Below, piece by piece: positions 38,181-51,394 of a stretch of 64,000 bases of DNA. Source of the DNA: Squalus acanthias (lineage: Eukaryota); the NCBI GenBank assembly GCA_030390025.1, contig CM059432.1:150724001-150788000 (forward strand). The letters run 5' to 3'. A program made the position numbers and the translations under genes. Each line of letters begins with the position of its first letter. Positions within the stretch are counted from its first letter, which is position 1. Below the pieces are notes generated by a model. The model saw only the letters and a program-made list of their open reading frames with translations, was not told the DNA's origin and searched no databases.

Positions 38181-40061
38181 CCTAGTTAATGTAATTCCTT
38201 TCTTTCTATAAACCATTAATGAAAACCCCTGCCCCAGCAGCTATTCTTGAAATAAATTGTTCTTTTTCATATCAATTTGCACAACTATGTTCTCATCTGA
38301 GGGAAAAATGTCATTCCCCAGATCAACAGTAATTGAACATAACCATATCAGGACACAGCATTGATGACAGCATTACACATGTTCTTTCAGTTTTGGAAAA
38401 GAGGTTTTAAAATGTAATAACCTTTCAGATGAGCGAAAAGCATGTCAACTAAACACCATCAATGCTACAACCTTGTATTTTTTCAACAGGATTACTTTAA
38501 CACATCATTCAGTGCATGAGTTAAGTGATAATTAACTGCAGTTTGTGACCTTTATTTCCACTGCAGTTAATTATCCAAGTATCTGAGCTGTGGAATTATC
38601 CCTAATAAGTTTTCTCTGTCATTAACATTTGAAATAGAATCCCTACAAAAAAAGTTCCTATTTACTTGTCATTAGCTGCAATGTATACATTAAATTACAG
38701 AATACTGCAGTATTAATAAAATAATCTATCAAATAAAAGCCACAGTTTAACTATAATACTGTATTGCTATCTGAAGGCACTAAAGTTTTTTAAAAATCAT
38801 GCATTAGCTGATTGAAGAGCGGTTTCCTGTGGCTTGTCAAAGAACCTTTAATGGAATAACTTGCAAACCCTCACTTTTTGTTCTGCTCTAATTGCAACTG
38901 TGATTCTTTGAGACACGTGCCTGCCTTCATGCAGAAAAACAGTAGACAATCAACCCTCTTTTGCAGTGATTAAGCTGTAAGAAAATAATTAACTTTCTGC
39001 TGCATCATTACACCAATTTCCTTTGCCAGACAATGGTCCCTATAAGTTGATCATTGGACATCAATTTATTGGTTATATTACAGCATCAACAGAACATTTG
39101 TGCAATACATTATTCACTTTGTAGTATTTATCACATTGCTTTTTCACCCATTTAATTACAAAAATACAAGTAGGTTTTACCTGCCAATAGAAAAATGTTT
39201 TAAACAGACTTTTCTTCCGTATAGCATATTATTTAACCTAAACGTCAAAAAAAAATCAACATTTAATTTATCACCATTCGAGTCAGGTCCAGCACCGAGT
39301 TAAAAGTAACTACTTTCAATCCAAATATTTTAATACAAAAAAGGAAAATCTTCTTTGACATTAAAATAATGTTCACTTTTTAAGTGCACTAGAATATAGC
39401 ACAATGATTGTCTTGTCCTTGTAGAGATTGGGGCGGGGGGAAATAAAAGCAACTACAGGTATGAATACCACAAATGGGCATATTCTGGATATTAAATAAC
39501 TGGATATCAATATCATATGATACCTAATACTTGAAATTTCAGAAGTTATTGAGGCTGAATCAGATGAATGGTTTAATAGAAAGGTAGTTTGACAACAAAG
39601 TCCATTCATGTCAAAAATATGGTTACTATCAAAGCTCAAGCCAAATGAAGACACTCCTGATCAGATACAAGCAAGATACTCCGCCTATTATATGCATGTA
39701 AGTGTATGAATTGTTGTTCTGTGCATTTGGTTTTGGATATACACAACGGGATACTTGCATAGTGCACAAATTCTCTTGGTGGGAAGATTATAACACTGCT
39801 GCTTTCGAAAGAAGATTTTTTTCAATTATTATAATACTTGAATCAACTTGGATGTTCAAATGCAGCATCTTAAACATTTCACCACCCCAAAGTATGCAAG
39901 GTGCTGTTATTTTTACTTCAGTACTGTTCGGAAGTAAAAGGTACATAAAACTGATAACATAAGCAGTAGTCTATACATAGCCCTTCTAAGCTAAGCAGCT
40001 ACAAAGAGAATAATGAAAAGTCGCACAACACCAGGTTATAGTCCAACAGATTTATTTAATT

Positions 40062-40100
40062 TTACAAGCTTTCGGAGCAGTTCGCTCCTTCGTCAGGTAA
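40062..40100 (-). ncRNA. Minimal hammerhead ribozyme (left arm)
   Basis: Reverse complement of 41245-41283. Confidence 0.8.
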
Positions 40101-40683
40101 GTTTAGCAGTGAGAGAATCTCCCAGAATTCACAATTTAAACACAGACAAAATATATTCAAATCTTTCCCTACATCAAAGAGCATAGCCAAGACAATGAGA
40201 TGTGTCCCAGGGGGTCCAACGTGTCAAACCACCTGCTGGCTGCATATCCTGTCAATCTGTGTAGGTTCTTGTGTTAGCCTTTTTTAAAAAAAAACACCTG
40301 GGAAGACCGGCCATGATGTCAAGTCACGTTCTGTATCGTGACATCAACCCGATATCGCGATTGAGGCCATCCTCATGAGTGCGGAACTGGGCTATCAGTT
40401 TCTGCTCTATGATTTTGCGCTGTCGTGTATCTCAAAGGCCGCCTTAGAGAACGCTTACCCGCATATCCGAGGCTGAATGCCCCTGGCTGCTGAAGTGTTC
40501 CCCGACTGGGAGGCAACCCTCCTGCCTGGCAATTGTTGCGCGGTGTCCGTTCATACGTTGTCTCAGTGTCTGCATGGTCTCGCCGATGTACCATGCTCTG
40601 GAGCATCCTTTACTGCAACGTATCAGGTAGACAACGTTGGCCGAGTCACATGAGTATGTACCGTGTACCTGGTGGGTAGTGTC

Positions 40684-41021
40684 GTACATACTCATGTGAC
40701 TCGGCCAACGTTGTCTACCTGATACGTTGCAGTAAAGGATGCTCCAGAGCATGGTACATCGGCGAGACCATGCAGACACTGAGACAACGTATGAACGGAC
40801 ACCGCGCAACAATCGCCAGGCAGGAGGGTTGCCTCCCAGTCGGGGAACACTTCAGCAGCCAGGGGCATTCAGCCTCGGATATGCGGGTAAGCGTTCTCCA
40901 AGGCGGCCTTCGAGATACACGACAGCGCAAAATCATAGAGCAGAAACTGATAGCCAAGTTCCGCACTCATGAGGATGGCCTCAATCGCGATATCGGGTTC
41001 ATGTCACGATACAGAACGTGA
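40684..41021 (+). CDS. 5'-truncated Penelope GIY-YIG endonuclease domain (mirror copy on - at 40324-40683)
   Basis: TYSCDSANVVYLIRCSKGCSRAWYIGETMQTLRQRMNGHR...VGEHF...EQKLIAKFRTHEDGLN, open to the stop codon. Confidence 0.85.
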
Positions 41022-41244
41022 CTTGACATCATGGCCGGTCTTCCCAGGTGTTTTTTTTTTAAAAAGGCTAACACAAGAACCTACACAGATTGACAGGATA
41101 TGCAGCCAGCAGGTGGTTTGACACGTTGGACCCCCTGGGACACATCTCATTGTCTTGGCTATGCTCTTTGATGTAGGGAAAGATTTGAATATATTTTGTC
41201 TGTGTTTAAATTGTGAATTCTGGGAGATTCTCTCACTGCTAAAC

Positions 41245-41283
41245 TTACCTGACGAAGGAGCGAACTGCTCCGAAAGCTTGTAA
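41245..41283 (+). ncRNA. Minimal hammerhead ribozyme (right arm)
   Basis: TTAC-CTGACGA-A-GGAGC-gaact-GCTCC-GAAA-GC-TT-GTAA; stem I TTAC/GTAA, palindromic AGCT stem III. Confidence 0.8.
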
Positions 41284-43519
41284 AATTAAATAAATCTGTT
41301 GGACTATAACCTGGTGTTGTGCGACTTCTCATTTTTGTCCACCCCAGTCCAACGCCGGCATCTCCACAAAGAGAATAATCCAGCTATGTACTTCAATGGA
41401 AGGAGGAACTGGAAATCTCATCAAAATATATTTTTTCCTAACATTGCAACATAAACATTTCCCCTGCTCCTCATCCAGTTTGGCCAACCCACGTCAAGCC
41501 ATATTTCTCAAATTTACTGCCATAGGACCAAAGGGCATAACACTATTTACCAAATTATTCTGGCTGTAAGGCTAGCCCGCTACAGTATCAAGAAGGGGGC
41601 AATATAGGGGCTACAGACTCGTGCTTTCAGCCCTTCTTTTAGCCCGCTATCTCTTACAACTTTTCATTGTCAAATCGCCACACCTTCCCCACTGTGGTTC
41701 ATGAGCGACGTCTGTGGCATAATCACTATTTTATCCTCAAATCAGTATCGATCTTGGACTGAAACCTCTCCATTTACCCATAGTTTCTCAGCCAATTTAG
41801 GATGCACTTTTATTGGAGCCAACGAGGGATCAATGATTACAACATATATCCTGTTCAAATATAGCTAGTGTTCAGCTTATACAATGATGCATCATTTTAG
41901 AACTGTGAAATGTTGTAATAATCTAAAGAGTTATTGCTTGGGCAGTTGTTAATGATCACAGGAGCTTGGTTACCGAATAGAAATGATGTATTGAGGAGGG
42001 TTGAAATACACCACCTGATCCCCATTTAGTTGGCCAGATAAAATGTAAAAAAATCATAACTGTAACTGTGAAAACATTACATGAAAGAAAGACACACAGA
42101 AAGCTTGCCCAGCTAATGCACTCAATGCTCCCGTCCATATAGGAATTGGCACTTTCTAGATCTATCATTATCTTGTCATTTTTATAATAAAATAAAATAA
42201 TGGTGCATCATAGGCACAATATATTATTTCCTGTACAATATTCAACACGTTTGACAATTCAGACTTCAAAAACACCAGATTATCAAAATGGTTATTTGCC
42301 CAGCTGTTGTAGAAATGATAAATAGGTCTGTCCAAAATCTTGGTTAAATCAAAGTTTTAAAAACTATTAAAATATCTTAACTGTTAATAAAGCATTCTTT
42401 CACTGTTAATTAATTTAACTGCAGTAACAGCAAAATGGGGTATGTTCTCTTTTTAAAACTATACTCTAATTGTTATTGCTAGTGGCCTTTTCTAACTTAT
42501 TCCTTCCCACATGGACAAAATACAGTCACCAACCCCCATTTATAATTGCACAGCAGCACAGAAGTGTTGATTTACAATAATTGATTCACTTTCACATCAC
42601 AGAATATCAAGAACAAAATTACTGTTTCTCAGAACTAACATATATTTACCAGATGGATTTGTAAAAAGAAACAGTTTCTCACTCAGAAACAGATTCACAA
42701 AACAGCCATCGTGACAACAGCAAGGTTGCTGTACATACAGATGCTTCTCATTCATTGAATGAGATCTGACTGCTGATAGAATCAAACTATTACAAAAGTA
42801 GAATCTTTGATACGGGTATTGATGGTAATCAAAATAATTATTAAAATATTAGTTACTACTGAGTCACAGAGTGAAATGAGAGTTTCATAATCAACTACTA
42901 AAGTAAGTCAGAATGCTGGTTGTAATCACACAAAACAGTTTTAATACAGGGGCAGAACACCTTCGAAGACAGATGGAAGCAGACATGGAGATTATAACCA
43001 TAGAGTTTTTAAGTGCTCGCCCTGCTTATAATAGTCTCTGTAAAATGCAAACATTCAATCAAGAAAGGATTTTAAAGCTATATAAATGCATTGGCCAAAC
43101 ATGGAATATCATGTTTATTTCACAAATGAGGTAGGTCTCAGTTCACATTTTAGAGAAAAATATCAATGATGTATCTGAATTCGAGGTCGGTGCCATCTGT
43201 CGTGGTCTAGCCCTAACCCCAAGAGGACAAGCACAACAGTTCTCAAGGCCTAAAGAGGTTTGAACTTGAAAGATATTGGGGCACGATGGGGAGTACAGCT
43301 TGCTTTTCAAACTGAAGAAACATGACATGAGCAAAAGGATGAGACAGCACAGTAACGTCCGAAAAATACACAGATGAGAGGTAAAAGCAGGAAACAAAAT
43401 ACCTGTGTGGTCCAAGGACTGGCTAGAAGGTGACAGCATAGCACTATGTGGAAAAGGCTGGCATGGGCTGGTTGGGCCGAATGACCTGTTTCTGTGCTGT
43501 ATATCCTATGTAATATGTA

Positions 43520-43682
43520 AGACACTCCTTAAAACTTACCTCTTTGACCAAGCTTTTGGTGATCTGCCCTAATATCTCCTTGTGTGGCTTGGTTTCAAAT
43601 TTTGTTTTAGAACGCTCCTGTGAAGCACTTTGGGATGTTTTACTACGTTAAAGGCGCTATATAAATAAATGTTGTTATTGTA
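43520..43682 (+). mobile_element. L2 LINE extreme 3' end, preceded by a CR1-type tail fragment at about 43455-43520
   Basis: Matches 23540-23675 and 36815-36958. Confidence 0.8.
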
Positions 43683-44441
43683 GACACCTAGTATAACATG
43701 ATGGTGGCTGCAGCAGTGACAATTTGCTAAAATTACATGTTAGAACATGTCTTCATTTGCTGTTCTTTAGAACTTGCAGGGATACTAAAGTAAGTGTAGG
43801 GATGGGGTTTTGTAATCCTTTAGGCATTCCTCTTCAGGTAAATCTACAAATCGCTCTTCACTCAGTCACCACTTGTAAGTAATATTGATAATTATATAGT
43901 GACAAGCTTACTATTATGTTTTAACTCAAAATATATTTATCTCAAAAAGTCACGTCAACCTACAGCTCTTTTGCCATCAATCTTCTGCAAACAGGGTTCA
44001 CAATTACTGTTGCATTCAGCTTTGTGAATGTGCAGAGAGACAAAAATAAGTTTGGGAACTGATTAGAAAACTTTGAAATAAGACATTAAAACTGTCTCTG
44101 AAAAGCATTTACAAAGATTTTGTATTCTAATGATTACTATTACAAAATTAGGCTCTCTTTCTTTCCTTTTATTGCTGCTTATTTTGACGATTTTCTATTG
44201 TGTTATTTTTGGTGTGGGGTGAAAGAGCAGTTCAATGCTTTCCATTAAAAAAAAATGCAAAATCAAAGCAAATATTTTAATTTACTAATTTCACTAGACT
44301 GCTGAATTCAGTCACAAAGTCCTGGATTGGCAGCATTCTGCTGCAAATAACGATCCTGCGCAGTAATTCTCTTTTTCTATTACTTTGGCGAGAATTCAGA
44401 AACATGTGACATTAAAAGTAAAATCATACAAATTATGTAGT

Positions 44442-45666
44442 AACAACAGCAACTTGCATTTATATAGCACCTTTAACGTAGTGAAACGTCCCAAAGTGCT
44501 TTACAGGAGCGTTATCCAACAAAATTTGACACCGAGCCACATAAGGAGATATTAGGGTAGATGAGTTTGGTCAAAGATGTAGGTTTTAAGGAGTGTCTTA
44601 AAAGGAGGAAAGAGAGTTGGAGAGGTTTAGGAAGGGAATTCTAGAGCTGACGGCACAGCCACCAATGGTGGAGCAATTAAAATCAGGGCTGCTCAAGAGA
44701 CCAGAATTGGAGGAGTGCAGATATCTGAGGATTGTAAGGCTGGAGGAAGTTACAGAGATAGGGAGGGGCGAGGCCATGGAGAGATATGAAAACAAGGATG
44801 AGAATTTTAAAATAAAGGGGTTGCTTAACTGTGAGCTAATGTAGGTCAGCGAGCACAGGGGTGATGGGTGAACAGGACTTGGTGAGAGTTAGGACACAGG
44901 CAGCAGAGTTTTGGATGACTTCAAGTTTATAGAGGGTGGAAGATGGCAGGCCGGCCAGGAGTGCATTGGAATAGTCAAGTCTAGAGGTAACAAAGGCATG
45001 GATGAGGGTTTCAGCAGCAGATGAGCTGAGGCAGGGGCGGAGTTGCGCGATGTTATGGAGGTGAAAATAGGCGGTCTTAGTGATGGCTCGGATATGTGGT
45101 CAGAAGCACATTTCGGAGTCAAATACGACACCAAGATTGCAAACAGTCTGGCTCAGCCTCAGACAGTTGCTAGGGAGAGGGATGGAGTCAGTGGCTAGGG
45201 AATGGAGTTTGTGGCGGGACCGAAGACAATGGGTTCGGTCGTCCCAATATTTAGTTGGAAGAAGAAATTATGCTCATCCAGTAATGGATGTCGGACAAGC
45301 AGTCTGACAATTTAGAGAGACAGTGGAAGGGTCGAGACAGGTGGTGGTGAGGTGGAGCTGGGTGTCATCTGCGTACATGGGGAAACTGAAGCTGTATTTT
45401 CAGATGGTGTCGCCGAGGGGCAGCATGTAGATGAGAAATAGGAGGGGGCCAAGGATAGATCCTTGGGGGACACCAGAGGTAACGGTGTGGGAGCAGGAAG
45501 AGAAGCCATTGTAGGTGATTCTCTGGCTACAATTAGATAGATAAGAATGGAACCAGGCGAGTGCAGTCCCACCCAGCTGGACGACGGTGGAGAGGTGTTG
45601 GAGGAGGATGGAGTGGTCAAACGTGTCAAAGGCTACAGACAAGTCAAGAAGGATGAGGGGGGATAG
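44442..45666 (-). mobile_element. L2 LINE 3' fragment (RT to tail), carrying an empty Harbinger target site at about 45218-45240
   Basis: AFDTFDHSILLQ...SGVPQGSILGPLLFLIYMLPLG. Confidence 0.92.
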
Positions 45667-46349
45667 TAAGCTTATTTAAAAATGAATTTTAGGGTTTTTC
45701 TGATATTAACAAGTAAACATTGATTTCAAAATGTTTCCACATGGGGAGAGGGTTTAATCAGTTTAATCTTAAAATGGAAAAGTATTTACAAATTAGATAG
45801 CAGGAAAAATATGAAAAAGTTACAACAATTCAATATTGACACTAGTTTCAATTAAAAGTTGCTTCAAAATTATCATTTCCCAAAAAGGCCTGTGCTTCTG
45901 TGCTACTATTACAATGTTCTGAACTATGTGTGTTGTGTGTGCTCAGATAATTATATTAAAATATTGCTATCAGAACAAATGCAAGGCCTCTGGAGAAGTA
46001 AGACATTTAAATACCACACTTTCAATCCAGCTGACTCACCAGTCTTCCAGGAGATTGTTAATTCCACAAATGACACTCTCCTGGAACTTGATAATAAAGA
46101 AATGAGTGAGATACAGTCACATGTAATTTTCAGTTTATAACACTAAATGTCAAGATCCAGAATAAGATTAGTGGAGAACATGGGCTGGGACATATGGCTG
46201 AATGTAACTCACACAGTGCAGGATTAGGCCACAGGGAGCTTGAAAACTAGTACGCTGTTTGTGGGATTGCTTAGCCCTGTCTATAGCATGCTGCTTTTGC
46301 GATTCAGCACGCATGTAGTCCTGCAATACGGAAACTGATTCCCTGGAGT

Positions 46350-46700
46350 ACTAGCAACCCCATGGAGCTTGGCAAGAATAGCAGTAATGGGTGTGGAGGA
46401 GAGGACTCCGGCTGCAGGACTAACGGGTGTGCAGGAATTAGTGCGGGAGAGGACTCCAGCTGCAGGAGTAAGGCGTGTGCAGGAATTAGTGCGGGAGAGG
46501 AAACTAGCTGCAGAATTCTGGATTTGCTGAATTTTGTAAAGGGTAGAAGAGAATGTTCGATAAAGCAATCCTCAAGGTGCTGAACATGTTATTTAGGGTT
46601 TCAGGAGCCGAAAGGCAACAGATCGGGGCACAAGTGGCCAATGTTCCAGATATGGTAGAAGGCAGGTTTGAAATGAACCTAGTGTAGAGAGCTCGGCTCA
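46350..46700 (-). mobile_element. Old L2-like fragment with internal ~48-bp tandem repeat (46397-46513)
   Basis: QQIQNSAASFLSRTNSCTRLTP resembles L2 IQNSAARVLTHTKSLSPISP; the unit is repeated about 2.3 times. Confidence 0.55.
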
Positions 46701-46725
46701 GTGTCAAGCAGAACAAACTTACAAG

Positions 46726-47423
46726 GGGGGCTAAATTCGGTTGATTGGCACCTCCCATTAGCGCCCTAAGAGGGCACTAACGGGGCGCAAATCAACTAGC
46801 GCCTGGGCGCGGCGCCGTTAACACCTCCCGTGTAATTCAGCGGGAGGTTAGCGGCGGTGCTAACCATTAGCGCGGCGCTGCGTCGCCGGCGAGGACTTCA
46901 TCGCCGTGCGCCGTGCCCCAGCTGTAATATTGGGTGGCGCCCCCCAACTTACCGCCGGACGCCATGTCCACCGGGGTCAGGGGGGCCTACCTGCGGCCGG
47001 GGCGGCGCTAGTTAAAGGGGAGGTGGCGGGCAGCCATTTTTGTTGCTGGCCGCCTGCCAGCACCTGCCCCCGTTGCTGTCCCCGGCCCCCGTGAAGACCC
47101 CCCGCGGGGTGCAGGCTGCTCTCCGTGAGCCCGGCACTCCTCGAGTGCCGGGCTCGTTTGTCGGCACTCCCGATCCCTGGTGGCCCAGCTGGGCGCCGGG
47201 ACGTGCTGCGCCAGGCCCCTCCCCTTTAATAAGAGGAGGCAGGCCTGCAGTACCGCAGCGCCATGATATTGGCTCGCAGCGCCCCAAGAGGGATGCAGGG
47301 CGCTTCCAATAGTGCCCCTCCTCCCTCTTGGGGCGCTACCTGGGAAAATCGGCCGTGGGGGCGCTAACTTTTCGGGGCACTAAAATTAGAGCCCCGACGA
47401 AGGTAGCGCCCAATTTTTACCCC
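46726..47423. mobile_element. GC-rich Harbinger-type MITE
   Basis: TIRs GGGGGCTAAATTCGG / CCCAATTTTTACCCC; AAG TSD; many subterminal TAGCGCC motifs in both orientations. Confidence 0.85.
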
Positions 47424-47574
47424 AAGGTGTTTAAATAAGAAAACACATTTTCATTCACAACTGTAAAACAGATATGCTGTAAATTAACAGCGACTTATGA
47501 ATGGGATTCAAGGCAGTAACATGTGAAAACTATCAAGAAGGTCTTAAGCTACAAGAACGAAAAAAACCTCAAAC

Positions 47575-48037
47575 AGGTGGGGGGTATAACGAGCGGCTGA
47601 TCCACTACTGCCAGTTTTCTGCAGGAGGTCCAAGGTATCTTTGAAAGGCCTGGGGAAAAACTCCTGCACTTCCTGGTCCACAAGGAATCTGCATAAAAGT
47701 TATTTTTTCAAACTTACCGTGGCTTCTTCTGTGCGCTCCGCTGACTCCCGCCATGGTTGAGGTGTTGGGGTTGGACCCGGACCCGGACCCATGCAGGCCT
47801 CCCAAATGGGAAAATGAATTTGCCATCGCAGCACCGTGACATCATTGGGCTGTGACCAAGATTTAAATTCAGCCCCCGCCTGCCTGCAGCAGGAGCCTGG
47901 GCCAACTTCAATGTCAGTGAAGATAAAATGTCGCCTGGCGGCAACAATGCAGCCTCAGACCGATAAATGGACTCACATGATTTTAACCCCTCCCACACAC
48001 TGCGGGGGGGGCGGGGGAAAGGTGATTAAATTGACCC
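47575..48037. mobile_element. Truncated Harbinger-type MITE
   Basis: Right end TTAAATTGACCC resembles the other TIRs; left end not found. Confidence 0.45.
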
Positions 48038-48083
48038 GAGTCTTCCCCCAGACCTTCCTTTCTTTTTAAGCTTGACATACTAA

Positions 48084-48262
48084 CGGGACAATTTTAATAT
48101 AGCCCACCCATTGGGAAACTGATGGAATCGGGTGCAACACTGATTGCGCACCCCGCCCACCCGATTGTACTCTCCACTGACTTTATAGGACTGGGTGTAA
48201 AACCAGCATTCCACCCAATCCCGTGGGTTTCCCGCCTGGCGATTTAGGTTGAAATTACCCCT
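48084..48262. mobile_element. Short Harbinger-type MITE
   Basis: Imperfect TIRs CGGGACAATTTTAA / TTGAAATTACCCCT; TAA TSD. Confidence 0.65.
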
Positions 48263-50344
48263 TAAATCTTTGTTAAATGGCATGAGTTGGCTGTAGTTTG
48301 GAGCATCTTGTCTACCATTTCCCCAAGGTAAAAATATGAAGTTCCAGTGTACTTTGCTGTTAAATTTTCAGCTTACTTTTAAATATCCCACTGGATTCCA
48401 TTATTGTGTGTGGAAATAGGCTCTGCTGGGGAGCCAAGTAAATAAGAAGTGTACTGGGGTTCAGGCACCTTGTTGCTAAATGGGGTCGGGTCCAGCAGGG
48501 TTCTGGGTTGGAGTTTAGATTGGTGCATAGAACTGGCCGAGTTGAGTCCTGTTCCTCTAATCCACTTCCCAAAATAAACGGTCCTAAACCTGTGTTGGCA
48601 CTCACTTCAGGTCAGGCTGTTGGTCGAAGTTAGGCATGGTTCCAATGAGTTGGGCTATTCTGGAGTTCTATTCTTTTTGCACTTCATAACTCCATGCTAA
48701 GCAACTTGAAACACACTTCTCAGAGTATGACATGAACACAACAGGCCAACAGCCCAACAATATGGAAGAACAGATGTGCAAATAGATGTTCAGCTCCAGA
48801 TTGGAGGAAAAGACTCCGGTCCAGACTTAAATTTGCCAAATGTGAGCAATAATTTGAACAGGAAATACACCCTAATGATTTTCCTTTCTCTTGAAGATTC
48901 TTATATGATATTACAAAGCAAATATTAAGGAAATAAAATAATGGAGGTTTGAGAGTAAATGCTTTCAAAAATTCAGTCGCTGAAATTCACAACGGGAAGC
49001 TTATTGCCAAAGTTTTAAACTAACTGAAACCTCCAAGGACAACATTTTGCAATCAATTGCAGGATAAAGCAGACACACCCAATAACAGTCCCATCCCCTT
49101 TCGTTTTCCTCTGAGGGCACAAACCCACATTCAACCACTCTGGCAAGATGCATTACTGCAGAATATGATGCTCCAACAAGCCACAATAACAATTTCTAAC
49201 TGCAGTTATTTATCACTTAACAGCAATATGAATATATATTCTAAAACAAACTTTAAAGGACACTGCACAAATGTCAAATACATTCCAGAGAGTTCTATCA
49301 AGACTGATACAGTAATGTGCATCTGTGCTACTTACTGATTTGAGTTTTCACACCTGCAAAATAATTTCCATAATGGTATGCCACCCTAGATTTATTCAAC
49401 AAATTTTATTCAGGAATGGTGAAACAATTGATAATCTAACACTGTATCCCACAACTATGGTGAATAAACAAGAATTAGTTCAGTGCCTTGTGCTACCCAT
49501 TCAATTAGTCCAACATTTAAAAACAAAACAAATCAGAAAATCATTTTCAGAAATCAAATTATCTTCACACAAGTACCTTAAGCTGAATCCAAGTAAGTAG
49601 TGTTGATAATTCAGAACTACGGCTTTATTGCAGGATACCACATTAGCCCATCAGCAGTGTCTTTTTTTCTCCTGCTGATAATTGCATCAGTCACTGGACT
49701 GCAGTGCACTCACCCTGTGTGATGGATTGCTTACAGCTCTGCAGCAGACATCACCCCGTTCTACAGCACTTGTAGGGCTGTTTATAGAAAATTCCTATCA
49801 ACCTCTGGTATGCGAGCCAGCTTTGCTGTATTTATTTTAGCTATCCTTTCCATCTATGCTGCTCGTCTTTGACATCAGAAGGATGGTATAACACAGCACT
49901 CGCATTACACGCACCCCAGGGCTGAACTGCAGGAATATGCTACATGCTTAAAAAGGTGGAATGACGGCCTATATACCCTGTTTACCACAGGTGTGGACAG
50001 AATACCAGTGTCGTATTTACAGTGGTGTTTAACACCAAATAAGAGTAAACTGAATCAAATAATAAAGCACCAGTCCACAACATGAAAGATCTGCCCAGAC
50101 TCAATTACATGATAATATACATTAAAAATGCCAACCTGCAGCCTGAACAGCAGACAGCTTTCAAAATAAACCAGAGAAACAATTTTAGGCCCAGCTCAGA
50201 ATCCTGGATAAGTAAAATAACAATGCTGCATTCACATTATTGCCGTCAACAGCTTGAGCACTACAAGCCACATTGAGGCAGAAACACCTGAAAACATGAT
50301 GTCAGAATGACTCTCGCCACATTACTCACACCTCAAAGGGTGAA

Positions 50345-51297
50345 ACATAGAAGATAGGAGCAGGAGTAGGCCATTCGGCCCCTCGAGCCTGCTCCGCCAT
50401 TCAATACGATCATGGCTGATCATCCAAATTCAGTACCCTGTCCCTGCTTTCTCCCCATATCCCTTGATCCCTTTAGCCTTAAGAAATATATCTAACTCCT
50501 TCTTGAATATATTTAATGAATTGGACTCAACTGCCTTCTGTGGTAGAGAATTCCACAGGTTCACCACCGTCTGGGTGAAGAAATTCCTCCTCATCTCAGT
50601 CCTAAATGGCTTACCCCTTATCCTTAGACTGTGACCCCTGGTTCTGGACTCCCCCGCCATCAGGAACATCCTTCCTGCATCTAGTCTGTCTAGTCCGGTT
50701 AGAATTTTATAAGTTTCAATGAGATCCCCTCTCATTCTTCTAAACTCTAGCGAATACAAGCCCAATCGACCCAATCTATCTTCATACGTCATTCCTGCCA
50801 TCCCAGGTATCAGTCTGGTGAATCTTCACTGCACTCCCTCCATGGCAAGAACATCCTTCCTCAGATAAGGCGACCAAAACTGCACACAATACTCAAGGTG
50901 TGGTCTCACCAAGGCCCTGTACAACTGCAGCAAGACATCCTTGCTCCTGTACTCGAATCCTCTCGCTATGAAGGCCAACATACCATTTGCCTTCTTAACC
51001 GGCTGCTGCACCTGCATGCTTACCTTCAGCGACTGGTGCACAAAGACACCCAGGTCTCGTTGCACTTCCCCTTTTCCCAATCTATTGCCGTTCAGATAAT
51101 AATCTGCCTTCCTGTTTTTGCCACCAAAGTGGATAACCTCACATTTATCCACATTATACTGCATCTACCATGCATCTGCCCAATCACCCAACCTGTCCAA
51201 ATCATACTGGAGTTTCTCTGCATCCTCCTCACAGCACACACGCCCACCCAGCTTTGTGTCATCTGCAAATTTGGAGATATTACATCTAGTTCCCTCG
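50345..51297 (-). mobile_element. Young 5'-truncated CR1 LINE
   Basis: WQMQYNVDKCEVIHFG, LVRPHLEYCVQFWSP, RRMRGDLIETYK; highly similar to 63075-64000. Confidence 0.95.
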
Positions 51298-51394
51298 TGA
51301 AATAAGGTGAAATAAGCTGGAGCTCTCAAGAAGTGTTTCATGTAAAATTATAAAATACCAGTGGCAAAACGGGTACCGCGGCCCCCCTGGCGAC

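Larger units (their letters stand above)
40015..41365. mobile_element. Penelope-like insertion in head-to-head inverted configuration, 14-bp TSD
   Basis: Arms 40018-40661 and 40684-41327 are reverse complements with no net indel; TSD ACAAAGAGAATAAT at 40001-40014 and 41366-41379. Confidence 0.95.

Noticed and set aside
46726..47423. CpG-island promoter
   Set aside because: It is bounded by TIRs and an AAG TSD, so it is a young MITE.
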